A stretch of DNA of 64,000 nucleotides from Mobula hypostoma (lineage: Eukaryota). The stretch lies in contig NC_086107.1 in assembly GCF_963921235.1 (NCBI RefSeq), positions 100,876,001 through 100,940,000 on the forward strand, read 5' to 3'. Position numbers and translations under genes: made by a program. Within the stretch, counting starts at the first letter, position 1, and the number at the start of each line of letters is the position of its first letter. Positions 24,276 to 35,737 of the stretch are shown one piece after another. The notes under the pieces are model-generated. The model did not search any database. It saw only the letters and a list, made by a program, of their open reading frames with translations, and was not told the origin of the DNA.

Positions 24276-25520
24276 TAGGGGTCGGCAACCTTTTTGTCTC
24301 TGTGGGCCGGATCGCGTATTAATGAGCAGACGGTGGGCCAGATAAATGCCATAAAAAGCTTGAAATATAGGAATTATCCATTTAAATATACCTAGTTATG
24401 TTTTGCCTCAAATTAATAAACAACGCATGCTAGAAAATCAATTGTGCTTAACCAAGGATGCCAATTAGTAATCAAGAACTCAGTTTAGTTGCAATTTATT
24501 TTAATCAAGGCATCTTTTGAATCTATTAAAAGGACACAAAGAATCTTTAAACATAAAACGTATGAACATGATGCATTGAATGGTGGTAAATTAAGTATAA
24601 TAAAAAGAAAATTTTAATGCAAACAGTCGATAAATCACTGTGAAACTTGATGCTGCTTGTTGCTTGAAAGCTTCTCAATATCGGGTGTCAGACTTGTTGA
24701 TGCCAAGAGCAAGACTTTATCCAGATGGGCATCAGTCAATCTTGTTCTCAAATGGTTCTTGGTGTGCTTCATTTTTGAAAATAATTGCTCGCACAGATTA
24801 GTGCTGCCAAACAATGATGCCATCTTTTTTGCATGGTCCACTAAGTTAGGATACTTCCCACTTGGATGAATATATTTTCAATAGAAGTCAAGCACTGACA
24901 CATCTTCAGAATGAAATTTCGATCTCAATATGTCATCACACTGCATCTCAATCAATTCCATTTGAAAAATTTCTGATGCAGTGTCCACTTCCACATCAAA
25001 TGGAGTAGCAAACAGCTCGAACTCATTTGCATGCAAGTGAAAATCAGCAAAACGAGATGAAAACTTTTCTCAATTCTTGGACCATATTCACAAAAAATGC
25101 CTGGATCTTGTGCTTTACTTTTTTGAAAAGTGGGAAAATGTGCACAATTTCCTTTTTGAAGCTGGTGCTCCCACAATTGCAGCTTTCTTTCCAATATGGC
25201 GGGTCTTGTAATGTTGCCTGATATTTGCAACCTTCTTCACAGCAACATTTTCTAGGCAAATGAGACAAACTGGTATCTGAAAACCTGCGTGTGCACAGAG
25301 AGTATCTAATACATATTAGTAAGGTAGTCTGCCTTCCCGTCATTCGTATATACCAGTGTTTGGTTTGGAACAAAACAGAACCTGGGGCCAGTGTAACAAG
25401 ACACCATGCATGTCCATCAGTGTGGTCGCGTGAAACACCCAGAATAAGGAAAAATCGCTTGTGGGCCGGATAAGCATAGTATCCCAATATTTGCTCGTGG
25501 ACCGTAGGTTGCCTACCCCG
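24276..25520 (-). mobile_element. Internally deleted hAT DNA transposon (Charlie/SPIN/GTF2IRD2-like transposase C-terminus)
   Basis: TIRs TAGGGGTCGGCAACCT / AGGTTGCCTACCCCG; 8-bp TSD GTCTTAGC (24268-24275, 25521-25528); ORF 24635..24841 SLFGSTNLCEQLFSKMKHTKNHLRTRLTD (hATC dimerisation-like). Confidence 0.9.
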
Positions 25521-26684
25521 GTCTTAGCGGTGCATTGAAGAGTTTGATTTGCTAGGAAGCAGTAGGTTGGAGATCTGGTGATCACTGAGGGATTGTGATC
25601 TGACTACTTTTCCCAAGCTAGTAAATACAAGTAATGGAAGTTATTTTAGTATTGCTGATGTGAGGTCAGGTGACCTGCAGCTTTCAATGTACATGATCAA
25701 AAATTTGCAGAATGAGAGCAAAAGCCCACTCACTTCACATCCACTGTAGCTGGTCAGCTGCTCATTCAGTTAGATCATGGCTGAATACATCTTAATCTCA
25801 ACGTCTTACTTTCATGCTTCCATAAATCTTAATACCCTTGACTGATTAATAACCTCAATGCTGTATGTCTAGATTGACCATTATCCACCACCAACCCTCC
25901 AGCTTCTCACAACATGTAGAAATGTGGGAGTTCCAGATACCTGCACTAGTCCTCGCATTGTTTCCTGAATCACCCTGAATAAACTGTTTCCAATCCCAGA
26001 TTATTTTTTTTACTGGCTTGTTCTAAAATTTCCCATCAGAAGAAATAGCTTCTCTGTTCACTCTATCAATGCACTTAATCACATTAAACACTTCAGTTAG
26101 TTTATCACGTAATCCTCTGGATTCAAGGCAAGTAAATCATAGAATAGTTATGCTGTAAAAGCAGTCTGTGCCAATTCCTAATAGAGCAATCCCATCAGAT
26201 CCCTTCCCCTGTTTGTTTCCCATAGATTGACAAATTATTCTGCTCTGAAAGCATGTATTAATTCTAATCACCATCTCTACAAAGTGAATTCCATAACTGA
26301 ACTACCAAATTAATTATTTTCTTCCTGCATCCCTGGCATTCTTTTCTCGGTTTTAAATCTTTGATTATGGTTTTGGTCCACTTAGTAATGGAGATTGGCT
26401 TCCTTTTATCTATCTTCTCTTAAGCCACTCATGGTCAGGCACATCTCTACAAATCTCTTCTTGGCCATCTTTCCTCCAAGGGAAATCTCATTGCATTAAA
26501 CTAAGAGCAACACAAACAAAATGCTGGAGGAAAGCAGGTCAGGCAGCATCTACAGAGAGGAATAAACAGTCAGCGTTTCCGGCTGAGATCCTTAATCAGG
26601 ACTGGTTTCCAGTATCTGCAGAATTCTGAACTAAATAATTCTAATTTGAGCAATTGTTTGGCCTTTCCCATTATTATTCTAAAC

Positions 26685-26768
26685 CAGGTGTTCCCAACCT
26701 TTTTTTCTAATGCCTTGGACCCCTACTGTTAACCGAGGGGTCCATGGACCCCAGGTTGCGATCCACTG
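26685..26768. mobile_element. ~80-bp hAT MITE
   Basis: CAGGTGTTCCCAACCT terminus; TSD TTCTAAAC/GTCTAAAC. Confidence 0.8.
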
Positions 26769-27183
26769 GTCTAAACCTAACGATCCACTGACCGACAGAC
26801 CAGTAAGTCCAACTCTTTCAACAATCAGATCCAATAATGCCTCCTTCAGAAAGTTCTCACCTTTTAATGTTGTTCTAATCAATATCGGGGTAACTAAACT
26901 CCTTCTCTGTGATCACCACACTCCATTTCTTGTAAATTTCTGTAATTTGCCTGCCGATCTCTCCTCACAATTTTGTGGTCTATAGAAAACCCTTAGTAGT
27001 TCCATTCTTGGTTAACTTTAACCATATGGATTCTATACTTGACCTCTCAAACACCCCTATTCCCCAGGATTAATTAACTTCCTGGAGATAGTCTCACCTA
27101 ACATTTTCTCTTCTCTTTCTTTTCAAAATCTTAGTCTTTCTTTTATTCTATTTTCATTGTTCATGCTATCATTACCTTTATTT

Positions 27184-27298
27184 AAGCAACACACATAAAA
27201 GTTGCTGGTGAACGCAGCAGGCCAGGCAGCATCTCTAGGAAGAGGTACAGTCGACGTTTTGGGCCGACACCCTTCGTCAGGGCATTAATGACCCTTTG
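27184..27298 (-). mobile_element. Single-arm PLE pLTR remnant
   Basis: Same subfamily as 5532-5760; TSD TCATTA(C/A)CTTTATTT at 27169-27183 and 27299-27313; hammerhead GAAA changed to AAAA. Confidence 0.75.
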
Positions 27299-28677
27299 TC
27301 ATTAACTTTATTTGTAGCTTGCCTGGTACCTCCATCTTTTGATTTGGCAGGATTAATTTCCTAGAGAGGTTGTATTGTCCTGACTTAGTGGAAGGAAATG
27401 TTCTAAGTTTAAAACACATTTATTTTCAAACTGTGTATGCAGTATACAATGCTGAGGTTCTTCTTTCCGCAGGCAGCCATACAACAAACACCATGGAACC
27501 TGCTCAAAGAAAACATCAAACACACAATGTGTGGGGGAAGAAAAGAACAAATCATGCAAACGGCAAAAAAATAAGTGAATAACACACAAAATATTAAATA
27601 TCAAACCGCAGGGTCCTTGAAACGGTCCATGAATGTTCAGTTCATTTTAGTGCCGCGTGCAGGCCACAGATCCAGTCCGCGTCAAAGCGCCCCGATCAAA
27701 ATCACGCAGAATAGCAACTTTAAAAAAGTAACCAGAGACACCTGTAACATGAACCACAGACTCCTCTAAAAATGAGTCCACTCTATGAGCCACGCTGATC
27801 AAACCTTGCCCAAGACCCCTTGTCCTTCCTCTGGCAGCAGCGAGTGAGAGGGAGACCGATCAAACACAGGCAGGCAATGCGGAACACCCGCTTGCCTTCC
27901 GCTCTTGTCCTCGTTGATTTCAGTCTTGCTCGGCGCTTTAATTGGTGAGTAACGGGTTCGTGCTCCGCCAAGCCACCCACTCTGTTCTCAACTAGCCGAA
28001 TTCTCCCAGAGACCCCAAAAGCACCAGATCACTGAGTTGGCCCAAAAACACATCATCAAAATGTAAAATTACAGGTTCCAGTTGCACACAGATTTCTAGT
28101 TCATGCATTATATTCCTGATTATAATCCATCTGATCCTTATTGATTTCATCTCTGCCTCCCTCCACCCTCTTCTTTATTTTTCCTGCAGATCTTTTAATT
28201 TGATATATTTAGTTTGTAAACCTGAGTGTCTTGTAACCACAGTTCAGAAACAGCATTCCTTCTATCTACACTTCATTAAAATTATTTCTTACACTCTCTG
28301 CTTGTAAAAAAAGTTATTTAAATCACACATTCCACTCTCAGCTCTGTTCTTCTCTCATGTAATTCATGTCCTAAAGAATCATTTCAGACTTCCAGCTAGT
28401 TATCTGTTTATTTAATAATTCTTTCCTTAAACATTAATATTTTAACAACTTGAATAATAAGTGCACAATAGTTTATAATTTCATTTACTTTGTAATCATT
28501 ATTTTAAAAAAACAATTCAAATTACTGGTTAATGTAAAACACCAGTGCTCTTTGTATTTCTTTGTTACTAGTAAAGTATATTAAATAGGCTAGGTTTCAA
28601 GTTTCATTTTAAATAGACTGAAGCTTCCTCACAATGTTTTAGACTTTGAAACAACTATCACTGTTTTGTTTTGCCAG

Positions 28678-28834
28678 GATTTCTTCGCTGACGTCTGCAC
28701 TACACACAGCAAGTAGAAATAAGAAAGGAAAGAAGAGGAAACATTCTCGTGATAAGGTCCAGCCCCCCATCAAAGGCAAAACCACAAAATCACAAAGGAG
28801 AAAACGGACGGGAAAACTAGGGGGTGAGATGTGA
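28678..28834 (+). CDS. NOL12: NOL12 coding exon 6 (terminal)
   Basis: TTGCCAG|G ISSLTSALHTASRNKKGKKRKHSRDKVQPPIKGKTTKSQRRKRTGKLGGEM-TGA; resembles human ISSLTASLH...SKAQRRRLTGK; joined CDS is 645 nt in frame. Confidence 0.95.
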
Positions 28835-29400
28835 GTCTCATGAACCCTTTCTCTTGGACCTCTCTGCTCCAAATCACACAAGAAGTGATATCAGTGCTTG
28901 AACTGAATAATCAAAATCTCAAGGCCTCTTTGTAACTGGAGGCAGTTTGGCCAGAAGATTGTTTGCTACACTTGGAAGATGCCAGATCAATCCTTGTAAG
29001 GGCCCTGTGTTTGAATTTTGTTTTTAAGATAATATTTCTCCTCCTGATAAATATGAATAAGAGAGTATTTATTTTAGAACGAATGTTTCTTATTCAGGTC
29101 CTTGGCATCCAATATGCATTGTTCTTCATCTACCAAGTTCCTCAATCCACAACATGGCTGTCACCTGTGATATATGTGAAACCTGCTAATGTGGTCCATG
29201 TAACCTTACAGGAGTTTGGGCATCTCTTTGCCAACTACTTAAAATCTACAATGAGATAAAGGCTATTCAGTCCAGCCTGCTCTGCTTGGAGTTACAGGTA
29301 TTCTGAGGTGGACTTTTATCTTCATTTGGCCTCTGCTACCTGTCCTGAAAGGCACACAGAAGTTCCACGAGGTACACTTGGAATATCAAATGATTTTATT

Positions 29401-29406
29401 AATAAA
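29401..29406 (+). terminator. Candidate NOL12 polyadenylation signal
   Basis: AATAAA ~570 nt after the stop codon, followed by a T-rich tract. Confidence 0.5.
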
Positions 29407-30535
29407 TTTCTATCCTTTTTTTTCCACTATGTCTTCTTTAAGCTCACTTGTGAAGGTGCCAGTTAAACCTGAGAGTCCATTACTGTGTTGATACGTGGGG
29501 AATTGGTTTCTGATTTGTTCCAGCTTAAGAATTTAATGTTGCATCTTTGGCCTGATGCTGAATGTACAGGTTATATTGTTTTTTTTTAACCTGACTGAAT
29601 CCATTCTTTCAAACTATATTTTTTTACATTTTGTGAAATATTTTTATTCTCTAGTCAGCAACACTGGATCTTCAAAGGTTTGCCATGTTCTCACAATAGT
29701 TAATGTACTGGCGTTGTTGGTGTTTTCTGGGGCAACCTTGAAGCTTCAGAACTGAACAGCTGTAAGGCGTCAACTCTCTTCAGCTGCTTTCTCCATTCTG
29801 CACCCAATAATTGATCTGTTGTTCGAAGGAACTTGATCCATTTGCAACTATTTCAACAATGTGCGTTGCAGCATTGGACAACCTATGAGATTACATTCAG
29901 CACGGAATCAGCTACAGGAGTTGCCAACATTTGTACGTATTTTGCAGAGCAAAAACATGTGGAATTGTCTTCTAGAAGGTGGAGTTTTGCAAAATGATAG
30001 GAGTGTATAATCCTTGCACTTCACACAATGCATCACCATGTCCTGCTATGATTGCTACTGATTTCTTAACAAAAAGCATGTACTCTTGCTGTCAGAAGTT
30101 GTATGATATTGTACAAACATATCTGTCTCAGTTTGGGAAGTCCCTGCAGTTCTCCTTTGTAGATGGGATTTCCCTCAGAATTCCCAAAAGCAATCCAGTG
30201 CTTTGAATTATTAATATCAAAGCTGATGGTCAAGGCTAAGCACCTACCTGAAGACTTTTGTTTTACTGGCAAGAGTTGCTATGGAGTACTTGTGTTTGTT
30301 TTCAAGTGAGCTTCCAGAGCACTGTTGGCTGGGGAGCATACTTCAGACTGACTACTGTGTTAATTAAGGAGTGCTCTGCAGTCTTTTGTGTTGGATGTGA
30401 AGCCGAGGCTCGTGTCCTCTCAGTGATAGAAGATCCCCTGGCACAGCTTAAAGAGTAGGGATGTTCCTGGCCAACATTTATCCTTCAAAATCACATTTTT
30501 TCAAAAAAAAAAGAGAATTATCATATTGTTATCTT

Positions 30536-30740
30536 CACAAACAACAGGAATTCTGCAGATGCTGGAAATTCAAGCAACACACATAAAAATTGCTGGTGAA
30601 CGCAGCAGGCCAGGCAGCATCTCTAGGAAGAGGTGCAGTCGACGTTTCAGGCCTGACGAAGGGTCTCGGCCCGAAACGTCGACTGTACCTCTTCCTAGAG
30701 ATGCTGCCTGGCCTGCTGCGTTCACCAGCAACTTTTATGT
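30536..30740. mobile_element. Short palindromic PLE pLTR insertion with central hammerhead
   Basis: Inverted arms meet at ~30652; TSD ATATTGTTATCTT at 30523-30535 and 30741-30753. Confidence 0.88.
30648..30685 (+). ncRNA. Minimal hammerhead ribozyme, core intact, one stem I mismatch
   Basis: CAGGC CUGACGA A GGGU CUCG GCCC GAAA C GUC^GACUG; predicted cleavage after 30680. Confidence 0.62.
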
Positions 30741-33339
30741 ATATTGTTATCTTGATGGTTTTTGTGGAACCTTGTTGGCTTCTGTTTTCCAAATTACAAT
30801 GGAGATCATGTTTTAAAAATACTGAATTGGCAGCTGTGCACTAGGACATCTTAAATTATAACACTAGTATTTTTTAAAAATTTATTTTTGAGATACAGCA
30901 TGGAACAGGCTCTTCCAGCCCTGCAGCCCACTGATTTAACCCGTGCCTGATCACGGGACAATTTACAGTGATCAATTAACCTACCAACTAGTATGTTTTT
31001 GCATCATGGGAGGAAACCCATGCCCACGTGGGAAGGAACGTACAAACTTACTTAGAGAAGACACTGGAATTGAGCTCCGAATTCCAACGCCCTGAACTGT
31101 AACAGTGCCATGCTAACCACTATGCTACTTTAGTAAACAGGGGTGTAATCTTCTGTCCCAGAGGAAGGTTTGTACTTCCCATTTGCAAATCAGAATAAAA
31201 ACAAAAAAATGCTGGCAATATTCAGCAGGCCAGACTGCATCTGTGGGAAGAGCAACAGTAAACATTTCAGATGAAAGCCCCTTCGTCAGATCTGGGAAGG
31301 AGACAACATCTTGATAAGCTGCAGGGAGGATTGGGGAGGGGAGATGTCTGACAGAGTAAAACCAGGGGTAAATATCCCTCCTTCCTCCCTCAGCATCCTT
31401 GCAAGTTTCTTTTCTCCTTCTCAATTTTGTTGACGTGCCTTCCACTTGAAATGTTAATTCTATTTCTCTTCCCACAGATATAGCCTGATTTGCTATTTCC
31501 AGAACTTAAAGTTTTAATTTTAACTTGCCATTCGATGTAGTGTAAAGAAATGATTTATAATAACTAATTTGTTGTCTAACATTGATTATAGAGAGCTGTT
31601 ACAGTCTAGAGAGGCTAAATGTTGAATCAGCCCTTTAGGCTGAATTCAGAACATTCACAACTTTCAGGATCTTGATCATATTTTATATTCACTTCATTTG
31701 AATGCATCTTAAGAAGGTGCATTGGCAAAGATTGGATACAGAGGGCAGAAAGACAAAAAAGAGAACAAGGAGTTCCACGATTATGCTTTGAGAAATCCTT
31801 TGCCAAGTTTCTTGAATCTGGTGGAATGCTCATTTGGCAATTGAATATGGAGTTTAGCAACATTATCAGTTTCACAGTTGGAAAAGGTCAAAACTTTTGG
31901 AATGGAATGGTAAGAAGGGTAAAAAGTGAACAAGACAAAGTGGAACACTGTAGAGCTGGAAATTGTCCAGTGTTAAATACATGGTGCACAATTGGAAATG
32001 TGTTTTCTGTGAGGGTCTGCTGCTGTTAGATGTGTTGTGTACAACAGATCTTTCAAGCTCAATGTGCCTTTCCTTGGTTTGCACGGCTAATGCTGGTTGG
32101 TTATGGGAACTGGGACATCATGGATTGGATCCTGGTATTTGGGAGATGGGTGGTGGTGTGCAAGGATGAACAGTGAGGTAAGGGGACCTACCTGCAGACT
32201 GTTCCAGAGACTCTTCCTTGATCACTTACTCTGTCCTGCATTGTCATTAACAAGTGTTTCCTGAATGGCATAATTGTACCTGTTTCAACCGCTTCCTCTG
32301 ACAACTCATTTCATATACTTTCCACTGTGTGTGAAAAGGCCCCTCTTAAATCTTGCCTGTCACACTAAATCTGTGCCCCCTAGTTTTGGATTCCCCTATC
32401 CTGGGAAAAAGCCTGCTACCATACACCTTATCTATGCCTCTTAAAATTTTAAACATTTCTATAAGGTCACCCCTTATTGTACATTCCAACAAATAATGAC
32501 GTCGCCTGGCTAAACTTTCCCTACAATTCAAGCCTTCTAGTCATGGCAACTTCCTCACGAGTTCTTTTCTGCACTGCTTTCCAGTTTAGCTGTGCCCTAG
32601 CCATAACAAAGTGACTAAAACTGTGGACAGTAATAATAAAATGTACTGCCAGGTGCTTTGATGTGTGACGACTATCAACACCATTTACACTAATCTTAGT
32701 TCGTCCTCTACATTTCTCAACAACTCCCACACAGATTCTATTATTCATTTGCACTCTAAGGCCACACAGAACATGAGTTGAAGAGTCATGTTCTGTAGTG
32801 AATCTGTAGCTTGTGGAATCCGTTCAGACTCGGCCTGATGGCTGCAGGGTAATAATTGTTACGTGCTGTCTGACCACGTGGCTTTTCTTCAGATGCTCAG
32901 CTTTCCTCCCACGTCCCCAAGTCGTACGAGTTGGCGAGTTAATTGGCCGCAGTGAATTGCCCCCAATATGTAGGTGAGAGGTAGAATCTGGTGGGCGGGA
33001 GAAGTACCGATTAAGTGGAATTAGTGAGGGTCGTTAACGGTGAGCACAAAAAGCGCGGGAGGGTTTGCTTCCTGTGAGTCAGAAATCTGATGAAAGGCCA
33101 TTTCGTTGAAATTGTTAACTCTTGCTCCTCTGGTATAAGGAGCAGTCGAACATTTCCAGTACACTGCGTAATGTAAATTCTGTAGCAGCATTTTGCCATT
33201 TAGGCGTTAGCGCTCGCGTCCTAGCAAAAGTGCAGAAAGTTATCTGATTTCATTGCGAGATCTTACTTTGCACAGATTGCCCGCTAGTTTTGCTCAACAC
33301 GGTGATCTCACTGCGAAACTACTTCGGCCTGGGCTGTGA

Positions 33340-33770
33340 AAGGCGGGTCATAGAAATGACCCCGGGAATGAAAGGATTGAAGTAAGAGGAGCGTTTGATG
33401 CCTGTACTCTTTGGAGTTTAGAAGAATGAGGGGGGAAAAGTCATTGAAACCAATCTAATATTGAAAGACCCAGAGTGGACGTGGAGAGGATGTTTCCTAT
33501 AGTGGCGGGGTCTAGGACCAGAAAGCACAGCTTCGGAACAGAGATGAGAAGGAGTTTCTTTAGCCAGAAGTTGGTGAATCTGTGGAATTCATTGCCACAG
33601 ACAGCTGTGGGTGCCAAATCATTGGGCATATTTCAAGCGGAGGTTGATACATTCTTGATTAGTAAAGGCGTCAAAGGTTACGGGAAGGCCCGAGAATGGT
33701 GTTGAATAGGATAATAAATCAGCCATCAGTGAATGGCGCAATTCTGCTCCTAGGTATTATGGTCTTGTAA
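33340..33770 (+). mobile_element. CR1 3' fragment; similar fragments at ~32250-32620(-), 36110-36460(+), 50630-51110(+)
   Basis: ORF 33475..33705 DVERMFP...FFSQKLVNLWNSLPQ; ORF 36123..36371 is homologous. Confidence 0.75.
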
Positions 33771-33799
33771 ATAATTATTTTGTCCTTTCCTACAAACTC

Positions 33800-34535
33800 C
33801 TATTCCATCGCTCGCCAGCAGATGTGCCCATTGAAGCGCACTTGGAGGCGGTTCCCTCTGTAATTGACAGCACAGCCCACCAATGAGCCTATGCTCCGAG
33901 TTTGGTACTCTCCAATTAGGGGCCGGCGTTGTCCGGCCCTGGTGATTGACAGCCACTGATTGTCCCGCACCACCAGGTACGATGGGTTGTAACCGGGCAG
34001 CTGCGAGTTGATGTCAGATTGGAACTCCTAAAACCTGTCCAAAAAGCGCCGCGTGTAAGTTTATTCAATGTACTGGAAGTCTGTGAAGGAGGCAATCATT
34101 TGAGCGAACTTTATGAATGTTTGCTGAAGTAAATTTGGCAGCAAAATCCAATTTTGACCACGGACTTCGGCAAAGCGTCACTTTATAGACAATAAAATGT
34201 CTTTTAAAGAGCAGCATTTTAAAATACTGGGGAATTATTTTCGAGAGCTTGGAATATTGCTGCTTGTGAATTGTGCAGGCATGTTCTCGGGATGTGTGCT
34301 ACATTGAGCTTGCTGCTTGGATAACTACAGATTTGCTGCATTTCTTGACAAACAATTCCGAAATTGAGCCTCGGCTGCAAATATCTAATTGATATTTATG
34401 TAACTGGCCTCTTGTGGGGACGAAGAGAGTTTGCTCTGGTCCCTGGTTGTAAGCATGAGGCGACAAATGACCAAGTCCGCAAGGAGGGTACAGCCATGCA
34501 TTGTGTCTTTCTAAGGCAATACAACTTTTAACTTG
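33800..34535 (+). promoter_or_regulatory. Putative TRIOBP promoter / 5' UTR
   Basis: Non-repetitive, CpG-enriched stretch with CCAAT boxes at 33880 and 33912, upstream of the first coding exon. Confidence 0.5.
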
Positions 34536-34562
34536 ATGGCTCCGAGTGAGTTTTCGTGGATA

Positions 34563-34688
34563 ATGTTTGTCGTTAACCCACGGGCCTGCTTGAAGTTCCA
34601 AGCAAATGTTTTTGACAGGAGCAGGTGCCAGAATTGTTTCAAAGCCTTTGATCTCCATCGAAAAGACTGCGGTCGCGATGACAACCAG
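34563..34688 (+). CDS. TRIOBP: TRIO and F-actin binding protein (MPRIP/TRIOBP family), first coding exon; alternative in-frame ATG at 34536; no further exon found in the window
   Basis: MFVVNPRACLKFQANVFDRSRCQNCFKAFDLHRKDCGRDDNQ|GTGAAA matches the C-x2-F-x-AN-x6-CQNCF-x5-H N-terminus of MPRIP and long TRIOBP; position directly after NOL12 favours TRIOBP. Confidence 0.85.
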
Positions 34689-34909
34689 GTGAAACACGAA
34701 TCGAGCTTTAATAATTAATATTTTATTTTGTATATTAACGGAGAGCCCCTGCCATCAGCGCGCAGAGAGAGGGAGAGGTTGAAAAGGCACAGCTTGGCCT
34801 ATTAAAAATACATGCTAAGTTGAGGAGTATTGATGATCAGAATCCTGTACTTTCTGTTGGTCAAAGGGCTGCATGCCGAGAAGTCTGGTTAAAGTATATA
34901 CAGTTATGA

Positions 34910-35360
34910 GAGTAACACTCTCAAATTGCTGGAAGTTTCTCAGCAGGCCAGGCAGCATCTATGGAAAAGAGTAAACAGTGGACGTTTTGGGCCTAGACCC
35001 TTCCTCGTGACTAAGTGGGGGGGGGGAGATGAGAAGTCAGAGTAAGAAGGTGGGGTGAGGGGAGGAAGAAGTATAAGGTAATAGGTGAAACTGGGAGATG
35101 GGGAGGGAGGGGTGAGGTAAAGAGCTGAGAAGTCCATTGGTGAAAGAGAGAAAGGGCTGGAGGAAGGGGAATCTGATGGCGGAAGATTATAGAAGAATGG
35201 GAAAGGGAGGGAGCTCCAGAGGGAGGTGGTGGGCAGGTAAGGAGATAAGGTGAGAGAGGGGAATAGTGAAGGAGGGGGTTGGGGCAATTACCAGAAGTTT
35301 GAGAAATCGATGTTCGTGCCATCAGGTTGAAGGCTCCCCAGGTGGAATATGCGGTGTGAG
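34910..35360 (-). mobile_element. PLE remnant (GIY-YIG tail + pLTR, degenerate hammerhead)
   Basis: Homologous to the 2493-3062 arm (AGAAGTTTGAGAAATCGATGTTCGTGCCATCAGGTTG). Confidence 0.7.
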
Positions 35361-35547
35361 AGACATAGATAAGGTAGACAGAATCCTTTTCCCAGGGTAG
35401 AAATGTCAAACACTGGAGGCCATTGGGTTACGGTCAGAAGGGGAATGTTTATAGGAGATGTGTGAGGGGAGAGTCCTACACAGAGGGTGGTGGGTATTTG
35501 GAAAGCCTTGCCAGGGGATATAGTAGAAACAATAGCAATGAATCAGA

Positions 35548-35737
35548 AAACACAAAATACTCTGCAGATGCTGGGGTCAAAGCAACACTCACAACACGCT
35601 GGAGGAACTCAGCAGGTCGGGCAGCATCCGTGGAAAAGATCGGTTGATGTTTCGGGCCGGACGAAGGGTTCCGGCCAGAAACGTCGACCGATCTTTTCCA
35701 CGGATGCTGCCCAACCTGCTGAGTTCCTCCAGCGTAT
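35548..35737. mobile_element. Short palindromic PLE insertion, second subfamily
   Basis: Inverted arms meet at ~35658; TSD CAATGAATCAGA at 35536-35547 and 35738-35749. Confidence 0.85.

Noticed and set aside
30536..30740. Short palindromic repeats as CRISPR repeats or DNA-transposon MITEs
   Set aside because: Dispersed rather than arrayed, with variable junctions and TSD lengths, and contiguous with GIY-YIG coding sequence in longer copies.
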